Part shown: piece by piece, positions 30,383 through 40,705 of the stretch
Layout of the letters: the number at the start of each line of letters is the position of its first letter
How positions within the stretch are numbered: the first letter of the stretch is position 1
DNA from: Nitrospirota bacterium
GTDB taxonomy: Bacteria > Nitrospirota > UBA9217
Reading direction: 5' to 3'
DNA length: 64,000 nucleotides
Assembly: GCA_963790205.1 (NCBI GenBank)
Contig: CAWBNQ010000008.1
Coordinates: 64,001 to 128,000, forward strand
Notes under the pieces: generated by a model
What the model was told of the DNA's origin: nothing
Database searches by the model: none
The model's input: only the letters and a program-made list of their open reading frames with translations
Translations under genes and position numbers: made by a program

Positions 30383-31579
30383 CTAAAGCCATAACCGGGC
30401 GAGCCCGACAACGAAAACCAGGAACACCGGCAGGACCATGAGCCGGTACGTTCCCGCCAGGTCCGCCTTGAAGTACCGCACCGTCAGGATCAGGCAGAGG
30501 TGAGTGGGGGAGAGCATGACGCCGGCAAAGCCGCTGGCAAAGGCGAAGGTCACGGCCCCGGTATCCGGAGTTCCTCCCATCATGGCCGTGATGATCGGGA
30601 AGGTCGCCCCCACCACTCCGACCGTGAGGCCCGTCAGGAGGCCGACGAGGAAGGGAAGGACGAACAGGACCGCAGTGGTCGGTATGCCGGTCTGCCTGAA
30701 GAAGGCCGGCAGGGCCAGGATAGCGCCGGTGGCGTCGAGCATGCCCTTGAATACCATGATGCCGACGACCATCAGCATGACGTTCAGGGACAGGCTTTCA
30801 CGGAGCGTGGTCAGAACATCGTTTGCGGAATACCGGTAGAACAAAAACATGACGCCCACGACGGACAGCATTGCCAGCGCAAGGGGCATTTTGAACACTA
30901 CCACGAGGACGATCGACAGGGTGATCGGCAGGAGGGTCGCAAAAAGGGCTTTGAACTGTTCCCGGTTCCTCATGCCCGCGACGCGGCCCGTCTTGACTCC
31001 CCGGAACCCCAGGAGCGCGCCTACTCCCACGACCGCGAGCGGCAGGGGAAGTTGAGAGAGGAGGAACGTGTTCATCGGCAGCCTGGTCACGGCCGCGGCG
31101 AGCACGACGCCGGGGTAGAGCGGCGAGATGTACTCCCAGATGTGCCGGAACCAGTAGTTGATGAAGGCCTTGCGCTCGGGCCCCATCTCGGCGTCGGCGG
31201 CCGCTTCCTGCACCATGGGCGCCGAGAAGGCCGCCCCGCCGGCCGAGGGCAAAAGCCCGATCACGCCGGGCAGCACGGCCATGGCGATGCGCCGGTCCCG
31301 GGCCACGTTCACGACGGCTTCCATCATCCGCTTTAACAGGCCGCGTTTTCTGATGATGTTCTCAAGCACCATGATCAGCACCAGCCCGGCCACGAGGTTG
31401 ATCGTGATCGGGTCGAGGCTCGATGCGACGAGGACCCGCAGCTGCCCGGCTGGTCCGATCCGGTACAGCGACCCGAGGAAGAGGGCGGCAAGGAGCATCA
31501 CGAGCCCGAAGTTCCAGCGGAGCCGCAGCAGGACCACGATAAGGGCGAAGGCGGCGCCGATCCTGGCGAGGTCCGTCAC
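30383..31579 (-). CDS. DUF401 family membrane protein (transporter-like)
   Basis: GLLPSAGGAAFSAP, NYWFRHIWEY, SPTHLCL. Confidence 0.85.
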   Translation of the reverse strand: MTDLARIGAAFALIVVLLRLRWNFGLVMLLAALFLGSLYRIGPAGQLRVLVASSLDPITINLVAGLVLIMVLENIIRKRGLLKRMMEAVVNVARDRRIAMAVLPGVIGLLPSAGGAAFSAPMVQEAAADAEMGPERKAFINYWFRHIWEYISPLYPGVVLAAAVTRLPMNTFLLSQLPLPLAVVGVGALLGFRGVKTGRVAGMRNREQFKALFATLLPITLSIVLVVVFKMPLALAMLSVVGVMFLFYRYSANDVLTTLRESLSLNVMLMVVGIMVFKGMLDATGAILALPAFFRQTGIPTTAVLFVLPFLVGLLTGLTVGVVGATFPIITAMMGGTPDTGAVTFAFASGFAGVMLSPTHLCLILTVRYFKADLAGTYRLMVLPVFLVFVVGLARLWL

Positions 31580-32397
31580 CGGATGTAGCCCTCGCCAAGG
31601 TAGAATATCACCGCGGCGCGAATGGAATAGCGCTCCATGTTCCAATCATCGGGGAGCGGCTGGAACGGGGCTGAAGCGCGGATCGAGCGCAGGGCCTCGT
31701 CATCCAGAATTTTATACCCCGACGATTTCAGGACCTCGAGCCCCCCGAGGGAACCGTCCTTCATAATGTCGAACTTTATGAAAAGCGTTCCCTGGTACCC
31801 GGATATGGCGGCGAGCTCGGGATATTTAAGCACGCTTTCGACCTTGATCTTGAGCCAGCGGTTGTAGGAGATGAACTTGAACTCATCCGTATCGAGCGTG
31901 ACCGAGTCATCGCCGGGTTTCTTCTCGGGCATGCCCTTGCGGGCGAGCTCGTCAATATCATTCTGCGAGAGGAAGGGGAGCGGTCCGGCCTGCTTCTGCG
32001 TCCTCGGCAACGCTGTTTTTCCCGTTTCCTTGCCCTGCTCCGCTCCCTCCGGAACGCCGGCCCGCGGCAGCGTCTTGGGCAGCTTTACCTCATCGCTTGT
32101 GCCGAACTTCTTCGGCAGGGGCACGGCGCCCGGAGGGAGGGGTTTTTCCGGGACGACGTGTTGGGGAACGGGAGGCGCGGGAGGAACGGGCCGCGGGGGA
32201 GGAACGGGCCGCTGCAACGGCGGCAGATTCCTGACCTCCTTCTGCGGCAGGTTCACGATGTTCACCGGTATGGGCAACGACAGCGGCGTCCGGTTGGCCT
32301 GAACAAGAAAAATAGCCGCAGCAATCATCACATGGAGAACGACCGAGATGACGAAGGAGACGGCTACGAACTTAATGGAGTATTGGCGAGGGAGCAT
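31576..32397 (-). CDS. TonB family energy transducer
   Basis: N-terminal TM with SxxxH, Pro-rich linker, TonB-C (YPELA..SSGYKILDDEA). Confidence 0.85.
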   Translation of the reverse strand: MLPRQYSIKFVAVSFVISVVLHVMIAAAIFLVQANRTPLSLPIPVNIVNLPQKEVRNLPPLQRPVPPPRPVPPAPPVPQHVVPEKPLPPGAVPLPKKFGTSDEVKLPKTLPRAGVPEGAEQGKETGKTALPRTQKQAGPLPFLSQNDIDELARKGMPEKKPGDDSVTLDTDEFKFISYNRWLKIKVESVLKYPELAAISGYQGTLFIKFDIMKDGSLGGLEVLKSSGYKILDDEALRSIRASAPFQPLPDDWNMERYSIRAAVIFYLGEGYIR

Positions 32398-32538
32398 GAT
32401 TTGTTAAAAAAATTGGACACGGGTTTTCGCGGAAAAGGCGGATCAAGCTTTACGTCTTCAAGTTTAATCCGTTTTTTCAGACTGTATCCGTGTCCAAAAG
32501 GATTTGTTCTCTATCCTGGTCTTTCTGTGTACATCCCG

Positions 32539-33582
32539 TTATACGTTCTTCTGCATCCTGTCCGACACCTGCCGCAAGAGCTTCAGGATCGCCTCTGCCT
32601 TGTCCGGCGTAAGGCTGCCCAGGCCGCAGGAGGGAGTGATCAGGCACTGGCGCAGGAGGTCCCGGCGGGCGATGCCCTGTTTTTCGAGCCGCTTCATGCC
32701 CTCGTCCAGCTTGGCGACGAGCTGTTCCGCTGTCTCGGCCCCGGTGAAGGCGCCGGCCGGCACAACGCCCCAGGCAAGCGCGCCGCCGCGGGCCAGGAAG
32801 GTTTGGATGTCCGCGGGGTAAAGCTGTACCTTATCCATGTACCCGAAGGCGTCGAAGTTCACGATGTCCACATCGGTCCGAAAGAGCATGGGCCAGTCCG
32901 CGTTACCGCAGCAGTGGATCCCCGCAATGCCGCCCTGCTCGTGAATGACGGCGATGATCTCGTTCAGTTTTTCCGCGACCACTTCCGACGATACGGCGGA
33001 GAAACCCGAGCCCAGGGACTCCATGGCGGGCTCGTCGATGAAGATGATGACCGGTTTGTTGAACTGCTTAAGCTCCCGGATCTGCCAGGCGGCTTTCATG
33101 GCGAGCCCCTTGACCACGGCGTCGAAGAGCACATCATTATGGATGATGTCCTTTCCGGTCTCGTCCTTGAATGCCGTCCCGGCCGTGAGCGGGCCGGTGA
33201 TGTGCCCCTTGATGAACCGGGCCCCTTTCGGCAGCCCTTTTTTCAAAGCGCGCAGCAGGGCGTAGAACCCGGCCGCGTACTCTTCGGTCATCTTGAAAAA
33301 ACCATAGTCCTTTTCGATATATCGTCCGAAGAATTTTTCGAGTTCCGGCGTGAGGTCCTTTGCCGCGTCGAAAAAGAAGCGCTGCTTTGCCGCGTCGAGC
33401 CGGAGACCGGGCAGGGACTCGCTGTACTGGCCGTCCATGCGCTCGCGAAAATCCTTCTGCGGCAGCTGGGGCCAGATAGGCGCTTCCGGCAGATACCGGA
33501 GCGACAGCGCCGCAGCCTTGTCGGGGTCCGTGACGGGCAGGCTGCCGATGCCGGTGGCAATGCAGTTGAAATTGTGCGTCAT
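32539..33582 (-). CDS. core (single-barrel) MetE-like methionine synthase, MesB-like
   Basis: TGIGSLP, WPQLP, KGHITGP, IDEP, GIHCCG, ITPSCGLG; 347 aa. Confidence 0.7.
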   Translation of the reverse strand: MTHNFNCIATGIGSLPVTDPDKAAALSLRYLPEAPIWPQLPQKDFRERMDGQYSESLPGLRLDAAKQRFFFDAAKDLTPELEKFFGRYIEKDYGFFKMTEEYAAGFYALLRALKKGLPKGARFIKGHITGPLTAGTAFKDETGKDIIHNDVLFDAVVKGLAMKAAWQIRELKQFNKPVIIFIDEPAMESLGSGFSAVSSEVVAEKLNEIIAVIHEQGGIAGIHCCGNADWPMLFRTDVDIVNFDAFGYMDKVQLYPADIQTFLARGGALAWGVVPAGAFTGAETAEQLVAKLDEGMKRLEKQGIARRDLLRQCLITPSCGLGSLTPDKAEAILKLLRQVSDRMQKNV

Positions 33583-33775
33583 GATGCTCCCTTGTCCTCA
33601 ATGATTGATGATGTCGTAAAGGTTATTATATATTCAGCAACCGGAAAAAACAACTTAAATTGAGCGGACAGGGAGGGCCGGTCAGGTCGAGAACGCTTTC
33701 GGAACTTTCCGATCAATCCATAACCGCCTCTCCGGTTCAACTTTCACCTTTACAGGATAATGCAAAATCTGTAAT

Positions 33776-34144
33776 ATGAAGCTCATGAAATACGGTGCGA
33801 AGGCGATCAAACAGGCGAAGCTCGAATTGTGGCCCAACCCCAACCCGGACCGGGATTACGTGATCGACATATCCTATCCTGAATTCACCTGCCTCTGTCC
33901 GCGGTCGGGCTACCCGGATTTCGCCACGATCAGGGTGACGTATACGCCCGATAAAAAAGTTGTCGAGCTTAAGAGCTTAAAACTCTATTTGAACGGTTTC
34001 CGGGACACGGGCGTGTCCCACGAGGCCGTGACAAACCTTATCTTTGATACCCTGGTCAAAAACCTGAAGCCGCGCACGCTCGAGGTTGTCGGTGATTTCA
34101 ATGCACGGGGAAATGTAAAGACGGTGATCCGCGTCTCCCTGTAG
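33776..34144 (+). CDS. queF: preQ1 synthase (7-cyano-7-deazaguanine reductase)
   Basis: [22 protein letters not shown] motifs. Confidence 0.93.
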   Translation: MKLMKYGAKAIKQAKLELWPNPNPDRDYVIDISYPEFTCLCPRSGYPDFATIRVTYTPDKKVVELKSLKLYLNGFRDTGVSHEAVTNLIFDTLVKNLKPRTLEVVGDFNARGNVKTVIRVSL

Positions 34145-34312
34145 CCGGAACGGCATGCCGCGGGGAGAGCCGTCCGCGGTTGTCTTTCAAATCATCTTTC
34201 CCGCCCCAGGTCATTCCGGTACGGCAGCTTATCCCGTGATACATCTTGACTATTTCATGGCGGCGTGCTATCTATAGATACATTGTCATTGAACATCGTA
34301 CCGGAGGTTCCG

Positions 34313-35380
34313 TTGAGAATTACGATCAAGACCGCGCCTCTTGCCGTTCTTTTATTGTTCTTCGTTTTTGTTCCCGCTGGTTCAAAGGCCGCTTCCGCTC
34401 CCGAGTCCTTCGCTCCCCTCGTCAAAAAAGAAATGCCCGCCGTGGTGAACATATCGACCAGGCAGGTGGTAAAGGTTCAGCAGCCGTCTCCCTTCGGCGA
34501 CCCGCAGATGGATGAGTTCTTCTACCGTTTTTTCGGGGGCAGGCCGCAGCGCGAACAGGTGAGGCAGAGCCTCGGCTCCGGGTTCGTCATCAGCCCCGAC
34601 GGCTATATCCTGACGAACAACCATGTCGTGGACATGGCGCGGGACATCAAAGTGGCGCTTTCCGACGGCCGGGTGATGGATGCCAGGCTCGTCGGCAAAT
34701 CCAGGGAGATCGACATCGCCCTCATCAAGGTTGAGGCGAAAGACCTTCCCTCCGTCACCCTGGGGGATTCCGACGCTCTTGAGGTGGGGGACTGGGTCCT
34801 GGCCATCGGGAACCCTTTCGGACTGTCTCATACGGTGACGGCGGGTATTGTGTCCGCCAAAGGCCGCGTCATCGGTGTTGGTCCTTATGATGACCTTATC
34901 CAGACCGATGCTGCCATCAATCCCGGCAACAGCGGCGGGCCGCTTTTCAACACCAATGGCGAGGTGGTCGGGATCAACACGGTGATCATCGCGCAGGGCC
35001 AGAATCTCGGTTTTGCGATCCCTGTCAGCATGGTGAAGGACGTGTTGCCTTCAATCAAAGAGAAAGGCAGGCCCGACATGGGCTGGCTCGGCGTCTCCGC
35101 GCAGGCGGTCACGCCCAACCTTGCCGCGGCCCTGGGCCTGCCCGAACCCATCGGCGCACTGGTCAACGGCGTCAGCAAGGGAGGACCGGCCGAGAAAGCC
35201 GGTCTGCAGCGAGGCGACGTGATCGTCGAGCTGGACGGTAAAAAGATCCTTGATCCGTCGGAACTGCCGAGAATGGTCGCCTTCGGCCACATCGGCAAGA
35301 CCGTGACCATGAAAATAATGCGCCAGGGCAAGCCGATGGAAGTCAAAACCCTGATCGAGTTGAAGCCGGAACAGAAGTGA
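34313..35380 (+). CDS. HtrA/DegP-family serine protease with one PDZ domain
   Basis: LTNNHVV, DIAL, NPGNSGGPL triad; TTG start after GGAGG. Confidence 0.92.
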   Translation: MRITIKTAPLAVLLLFFVFVPAGSKAASAPESFAPLVKKEMPAVVNISTRQVVKVQQPSPFGDPQMDEFFYRFFGGRPQREQVRQSLGSGFVISPDGYILTNNHVVDMARDIKVALSDGRVMDARLVGKSREIDIALIKVEAKDLPSVTLGDSDALEVGDWVLAIGNPFGLSHTVTAGIVSAKGRVIGVGPYDDLIQTDAAINPGNSGGPLFNTNGEVVGINTVIIAQGQNLGFAIPVSMVKDVLPSIKEKGRPDMGWLGVSAQAVTPNLAAALGLPEPIGALVNGVSKGGPAEKAGLQRGDVIVELDGKKILDPSELPRMVAFGHIGKTVTMKIMRQGKPMEVKTLIELKPEQK

Positions 35381-35476
35381 TTCCGCAAGGAGTAAGGAGT
35401 AAGGAGTAAGGAGTAAAGATCGACCCCTCGCCTCACGGGTTCATTCCACACATCGCATCGGCAATAAGGAGAACCT

Positions 35477-35816
35477 ATGTTCGGTCTCGGAATACCTGAA
35501 CTAATCGTTATATTCGTCATTGCCCTGGTTGTTTTCGGCCCCAAGAAAGCTGCCCGACCTGGGAAAGTCCATCGGCCGCGCCATGGCGGAGTTCAAAAAG
35601 GCGTCGGAAGAGTTCCAGGAATCCGTGCGGTCCGAGATGAGAGAGGTTGAGAAGAGCGCGGACCTGGAGGAGGTCAAGAAGCTCGGGAGGCTCGACAACC
35701 TGTCAGCGGACAAAGAGACTGATGCGGGAAAACCCGCGGCCGGGCAGACGCCTGAGCAGAAGACCGAACAGGAACCGGAAAAGAAAAAGGGCGAGGAGGC
35801 CAAAGGGAATGGCTGA
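35477..35816 (+). CDS. tatA: TatA/TatB translocase subunit, apparent +1 frameshift near 35547
   Basis: MFGLGIPELIVIFVIALVVFGPK then LPDLGKSIGRAMAEFKKA in another frame. Confidence 0.85.
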
Positions 35817-36610
35817 GGAAGAGTTGCGGATGTCGTTCTGGAGCCATCTGACGGAGCTCCGGAAAAGGATCGTCTATACCGCTATCGCCATCGGCGTCGG
35901 TTTCCTTGTCTGCTTCAACTATTCAGAGCAGATCCTCGGGCTCCTGTTGCTGCCGATGAACTCAACGATGACGTTTCAGGCGAGCGCTCCCTTCCTGCAT
36001 TTCGAACCCAACAAAACCACGCAGGAGCTCTATTTTACCACGCTCATCGAGCCCATCATGTCGCACTTGAAGATCGGGTTCATCGCCGGCATCATGCTGA
36101 CGGTTCCCGTTATCCTCTACCAGATATGGAAATTCATCTCGCCCGGTCTTTTGCCGCGGGAACGGAAGTACGCCGGACAATTCGTCTTCTTTGCGACTTT
36201 TTTTTTCTTTATCGGCGTCCTGTTCTGTTTCTTCCTGCTTCTGCCGTTCGCCGTACCTTTTCTGATCACCTATAAGACCGAGCACCTGAAGCCGATCATC
36301 AAGCTTGCGGACTATATCGATTTCACCCTCAAGTTCATGCTTGCCTCGGGAGCCGTGTTCGAGCTGCCCCTGGTCATGATCATTCTCGGCCGCATGGGGA
36401 TCATCAATCCGGATGTACTCAGCAGGTTCCGGAAGTACGCGTTCCTGATCTCCTTCATTATCGGAGGCTATTGTCACGCCCACGCCGGATGTGTTCAATA
36501 TGACGCTCATGTCCCTGCCCATTTATTGCCTCTATGAGATCGGCATCCTCGGCGTGCGTTTCTTCGGCAGGCGGAGGAAGCCGGAATCCAAGGATTTGAC
36601 GGAGACATAA
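35809..36610 (+). CDS. tatC: TatC translocase, apparent frameshift near 36467
   Basis: HLTELRKR, YQIWKFISPGL, FELP; IVTPTPD..LYEIG in another frame. Confidence 0.9.
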
Positions 36611-37107
36611 TGGCTTCAACCGTCTCGTTCGTCTCTGCCGCTTCAAACAGCGGCAAGACCACGCTCATCGAAAAAGTCGTGAAGCTGCTGAAGGCCCGCG
36701 GGCTTCGCGTGGCGGTGGTCAAGCATGCCTCCGCCGGGTTCGAGCTCGATAGGCCGGGGAAGGATTCATGGCGCTTCCAGGAGGCGGGCGCCGATTCCGT
36801 GGTCCTCGTGGGCCCCGGGAAAATGGCGGTGATCAGGAACATCGATGAGGCACCGTCGCCCAAAGAGATTGAAAGGGCCGCCGGCGACACTGACCTCGTG
36901 ATCCATGAGGGGTCCAAGAAGAGCGCGAAGAACAAGATCGAGGTTTTTCGATCCGCCGCCTCAGGAGACCGTCCGCTCTGCCTCGAAGATCGTTCCTATC
37001 TCGCGCTGGTGAGCGATAGACCTTTTCCTGTTTCCATTCCCTGCTTCGATCTGAATGACGCCGAGGGAGTCGCAAATTATCTTGTAAAAAATTTCATTGC
37101 CGAATAG
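36610..37107 (+). CDS. mobB: molybdopterin-guanine dinucleotide biosynthesis protein B
   Basis: [26 protein letters not shown]. Confidence 0.9.
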   Translation: MASTVSFVSAASNSGKTTLIEKVVKLLKARGLRVAVVKHASAGFELDRPGKDSWRFQEAGADSVVLVGPGKMAVIRNIDEAPSPKEIERAAGDTDLVIHEGSKKSAKNKIEVFRSAASGDRPLCLEDRSYLALVSDRPFPVSIPCFDLNDAEGVANYLVKNFIAE

Positions 37108-37259
37108 CGTTGCAATACGCTGATGATAATTCTAATTGTAATATTATATTTACTTTTAGTTATCCCGTAATAACAACGTTTTTCGTTGACTTTCGCACCG
37201 GTTTTCCCTTATTTTATGCTGAACAACTTTGGATGCGCGCATTGAGGAAAGGAGCATGC

Positions 37260-38544
37260 ATGGCAGGACCGAGATCGAGGAAGCTGTTTGAGGAAGCGAA
37301 GAAGCATATTCCCGGCGGGGTGAACAGCCCGGTGCGTGCCTTCCGTTCCGTGGGTGGAGAGCCGCTCTTCATCAAGAAAGCGAAGGGTTCGAAGATCGTC
37401 GATGCTGACGGCAAGACGTATATCGATTATGTGCTCTCCTGGGGCCCCATGATCCTCGGCCATGCTCACCCGCGTGTTACCGCGGCGCTGAAAAAGGCCA
37501 TCTCCAACGGAACGAGCTTCGGGGCGCCGACGGAACTGGAGATCACGCTCGCCAAAATGGTCAAGAAGGCCTTTCCCTCGATCGAGATGGTCCGCATGGT
37601 AAGTTCAGGAACGGAAGCGACGATGAGCGCCATCCGCGCTGCCCGGGGGTTCACCGGGAGGGACAAGATCCTGAAATTCGAGGGCGGCTACCACGGCCAT
37701 GGCGAACAGCCTGCTCGTGAAGGCCGGGAGCGGCGTGGCCACCTTCGGCCTGCCCGACAGTCCCGGCGTGCCTGCTGACCTGGCCAAGCTCACGCTGACG
37801 GTCGCTTATAACGACCTCGCGGCGGTGAAGGAGATCATCTCCCGCGAAGGCGAGCAGATCGCCTGCATCATCGTGGAGCCCGTGGCCGGGAACATGGGGT
37901 GCGTGCCGCCGGAACCTGGATTTCTCGAAGGCCTGCGGCAGGTCTGCGATCAATACGGTATTGTTCTGATCCTGGATGAAGTCATGACCGGGTTCCGCGT
38001 GGCCTATGGCGGGGCGCAGCAGCTCTATAAGATCAAGCCCGATCTGACCTGCCTCGGCAAGGTGATCGGCGGCGGGCTCCCGGTAGGCGCTTTCGGCGGC
38101 AAGCTTGAGATCATGCAAAAGATCGCGCCCCTCGGCCCCATCTATCAGGCGGGAACGCTCTCGGGAAACCCCCTGGCCATGACCGCCGGCATTGAGACGC
38201 TTAAGCAGCTGGCGAAGCCGGGGGTCTACAAAACGCTCGAGAAACTCTCGGCTGAGCTCGAACAGGGGCTTCGCGCAGCGGCCTCGGAGGCGGGTGTCCC
38301 GGTCACGCTCAACCGCGTGGGTTCCATGTTCACCGGTTTTTTCACGGACCAAAGGGTCAAGGACTTTGCGAGCGCCAAAACATCGGACACCGGCCGCTTC
38401 GGCAGGTACTTCCTGTCCATGCTTAGGAACGGGGTGAACCTCGCGCCGTCACAATTCGAGGCGGCGTTCCTGTCCCTCGCGCATACGAAGGCGGACATCG
38501 ACAGGACGGTCGAGGCTGCGAGAAAAAGCCTGAAAGGATTGTAA
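37260..38544 (+). CDS. hemL: glutamate-1-semialdehyde 2,1-aminomutase, apparent +1 frameshift near 37705
   Basis: [41 protein letters not shown]. Confidence 0.93.
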
Positions 38545-38676
38545 TCGCAGAAGGTGTGAGGGTGCGAAGTTGGGAAGTTGGGAATAAAGAATTCAAGAAC
38601 CTCCTCTCTTCCTTACTTCACTTAACTTAATTTAATTTAACTTCCCTTTCTCTCTTCTCAAACTTCTGGTTTTTCT

Positions 38677-38922
38677 ATGGAAGAAAAAGACAGCAGGTTT
38701 CTCCGCAGGCTCGGCTTGCTGAGTACCATGGCGCTCACGCCGGTTTTCGCCATGATCATAGGCTTCTTCATCGGCCTCAAGCTTGACCAATGGCTCGGCA
38801 CCTCTCCGTGGCTGACCGGTTTCTTTGTCATACTCGGAATCGTTGCGGGCTTTCGGGAATTTTTTCGGTTTGTCAGGCGCAGTCAGGAGAACCTGGAGGA
38901 CGAAGGCAAAAAAGATGACTGA
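38677..38922 (+). CDS. atpZ: AtpZ/AtpI family small membrane protein
   Basis: IGLKLDQWLGTSPW motif; follows hemL. Confidence 0.85.
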   Translation: MEEKDSRFLRRLGLLSTMALTPVFAMIIGFFIGLKLDQWLGTSPWLTGFFVILGIVAGFREFFRFVRRSQENLEDEGKKDD

Positions 38923-39367
38923 CGAAGCCCGGACAGGAAACCAGGCCGTAACGGCAATTATCAAAGGAGTGGCAACGAAGACCGCTTTGCTTGTCGCAGT
39001 CGGCACCGCTGTCTTTCTCGGCTACGTGCTTCTTCGCGGTGTTGACCAGCGCTGGTGGTTCCTTCCTCTCAGTGTTCTTTTCGGCGGCGTACTCGGCCTG
39101 CTGAATTTCCGGTGGCTTGCGATTGCCGTGGAGCGGGTTTACCTCAAACAGGGCGCCACGCCCGTCGCTTCGAACTTTGCCGCGGTCATCATCAGCGTCC
39201 TCAAACTCTCGCTGATATTCATCGTGCTCTTCATTGTCATTAAATTTCAGATAGTTCATGTCGTTGGCCTGGTGGCCGGACTTTCGTTCTGTTTCCTTGC
39301 AATCCTTTGGGAGGGAGCAACGGCGATGAAACAGGCCTTAAGGGATAATGAAAATGAAAAGGAGTAG
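38915..39367 (+). CDS. atpI: ATP synthase protein I-like membrane protein
   Basis: Four TM segments with GGVLGLLNFRWL; follows atpZ. Confidence 0.7.
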   Translation: MTDEARTGNQAVTAIIKGVATKTALLVAVGTAVFLGYVLLRGVDQRWWFLPLSVLFGGVLGLLNFRWLAIAVERVYLKQGATPVASNFAAVIISVLKLSLIFIVLFIVIKFQIVHVVGLVAGLSFCFLAILWEGATAMKQALRDNENEKE

Positions 39368-39429
39368 AGGATGATAAAACGAAGCGACGGCTCAGCATCG
39401 AGCCTGTATTCGAAAGGAGGAATGTGCGT

Positions 39430-39921
39430 ATGAGGAATCATGTCTTGAGGCCGCTCTACGTTGTTCTGGGTATGGTGGCGCTCATCCTGATTGCCCGGGT
39501 CTTTTACGTCCCCAAGGATTTCGGCGTGCATGAACGCGGGTACATGTATGGCTGGCACCGGCTGGGCAATGAGCAAGACTGGAAGAATTTTAAGGTCAAG
39601 TACATGGGCAAGGAGTACTGCAAGGACTGCCACAGCGACAAGTACGACAGCATCAACAAAACGCCGCACAAGATCATCCAGTGCGAAAACTGCCACGGTC
39701 CCGCCGGGACCCCGGAGGGCATCGTCCACTACGACGCCGACAAGAGGCCTAAGCTCCCGATCGACAAAAGCAGGGCGCTGTGCCTGAGATGTCACTATCC
39801 TTTGCCCTATCCCACGAGCGGACGTTCGAAGATCAGGAGCATCGATCCGGACAAACATAATCCGGACATCGAGTGTTCCACCTGTCACAACCCGCACAAT
39901 CCGATGGAGGGCCTGAGATGA
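39430..39921 (+). CDS. membrane-anchored tetraheme cytochrome c
   Basis: N-terminal TM; CKDCH, CENCH, CLRCH, CSTCH. Confidence 0.9.
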   Translation: MRNHVLRPLYVVLGMVALILIARVFYVPKDFGVHERGYMYGWHRLGNEQDWKNFKVKYMGKEYCKDCHSDKYDSINKTPHKIIQCENCHGPAGTPEGIVHYDADKRPKLPIDKSRALCLRCHYPLPYPTSGRSKIRSIDPDKHNPDIECSTCHNPHNPMEGLR

Positions 39922-40705
39922 TTACGCGAAGGGATTTTCTGAAAAATTCCGTTATGACGATAGCCGGCGTGGCGCTCCCGCTTGCCGCATTCGAGATCAT
40001 AGACCCGAAAAAACTGATTGCCCAGGAAGCGGCGGACAGTACAAAAGTCCGCTGGGTGTTTCTGGTCGATACGTATAAATGCGTAGGCTGCGGACTCTGC
40101 GTAAAGGCCTGCAAGCTGGAGAACGAGATTCCCTACGACGCCAATGTGACCAGGACCTGGGTCGAGCGCTACGTGCTGACCAAGGACGGCAAGGTCTGGG
40201 CGGACAGCCCGAAGGGCGCCCGCGACGGTTTCACGACTACGAAGATCGATCTCGCCTCAGACGGCTTCAAGGACATCAAAAATGAGGACATCGACAAGGC
40301 GTTCTTCGTTCCCAAGCTCTGCAACCAGTGCGAAAATCCGCCCTGCGTGCAGGTTTGCCCCGTGGGGCGACCTACCAGACGCCCGACGGCGTCGTGCTGG
40401 TGGACCGGACCTGGTGCATCGGCTGCGGCTACTGCATCATGGGCTGCCCCTACGGCGTGCGCTTCTTCCATCCCGTCTATCATACCGCGGAGAAGTGCAA
40501 TTTCTGCTATCACCGGATTACGAAGGGCCTGAAGACCGCATGTGTCCAGGCGTGTCCCTTCGGCGCCCGGCAGATCGGCAATATCAAGGACCCCAATGAC
40601 CCGGTCACGAAGATCATCATGACCGAGCGGGTCGGGGTGCTCAAGGAAGAGTACGGAACGAAACCGCAGGTCTTCTACATCGGCCTCAGCAGGGAGGTGA
40701 AGTAA
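39918..40705 (+). CDS. Tat-exported 4Fe-4S protein (NrfC/DmsB-like), apparent one-base deletion near 40367
   Basis: TRRDFLK Tat motif; CVGCGLCVKAC, CNQCENPPCVQVCP, CIGCGYCIMGCPY, CNFC..CVQACP. Confidence 0.9.

Noticed and set aside
35477..38544. True pseudogenisation of tatA, tatC and hemL
   Set aside because: Each has one indel and no other decay, and the window encodes Tat substrates and many heme proteins that need them
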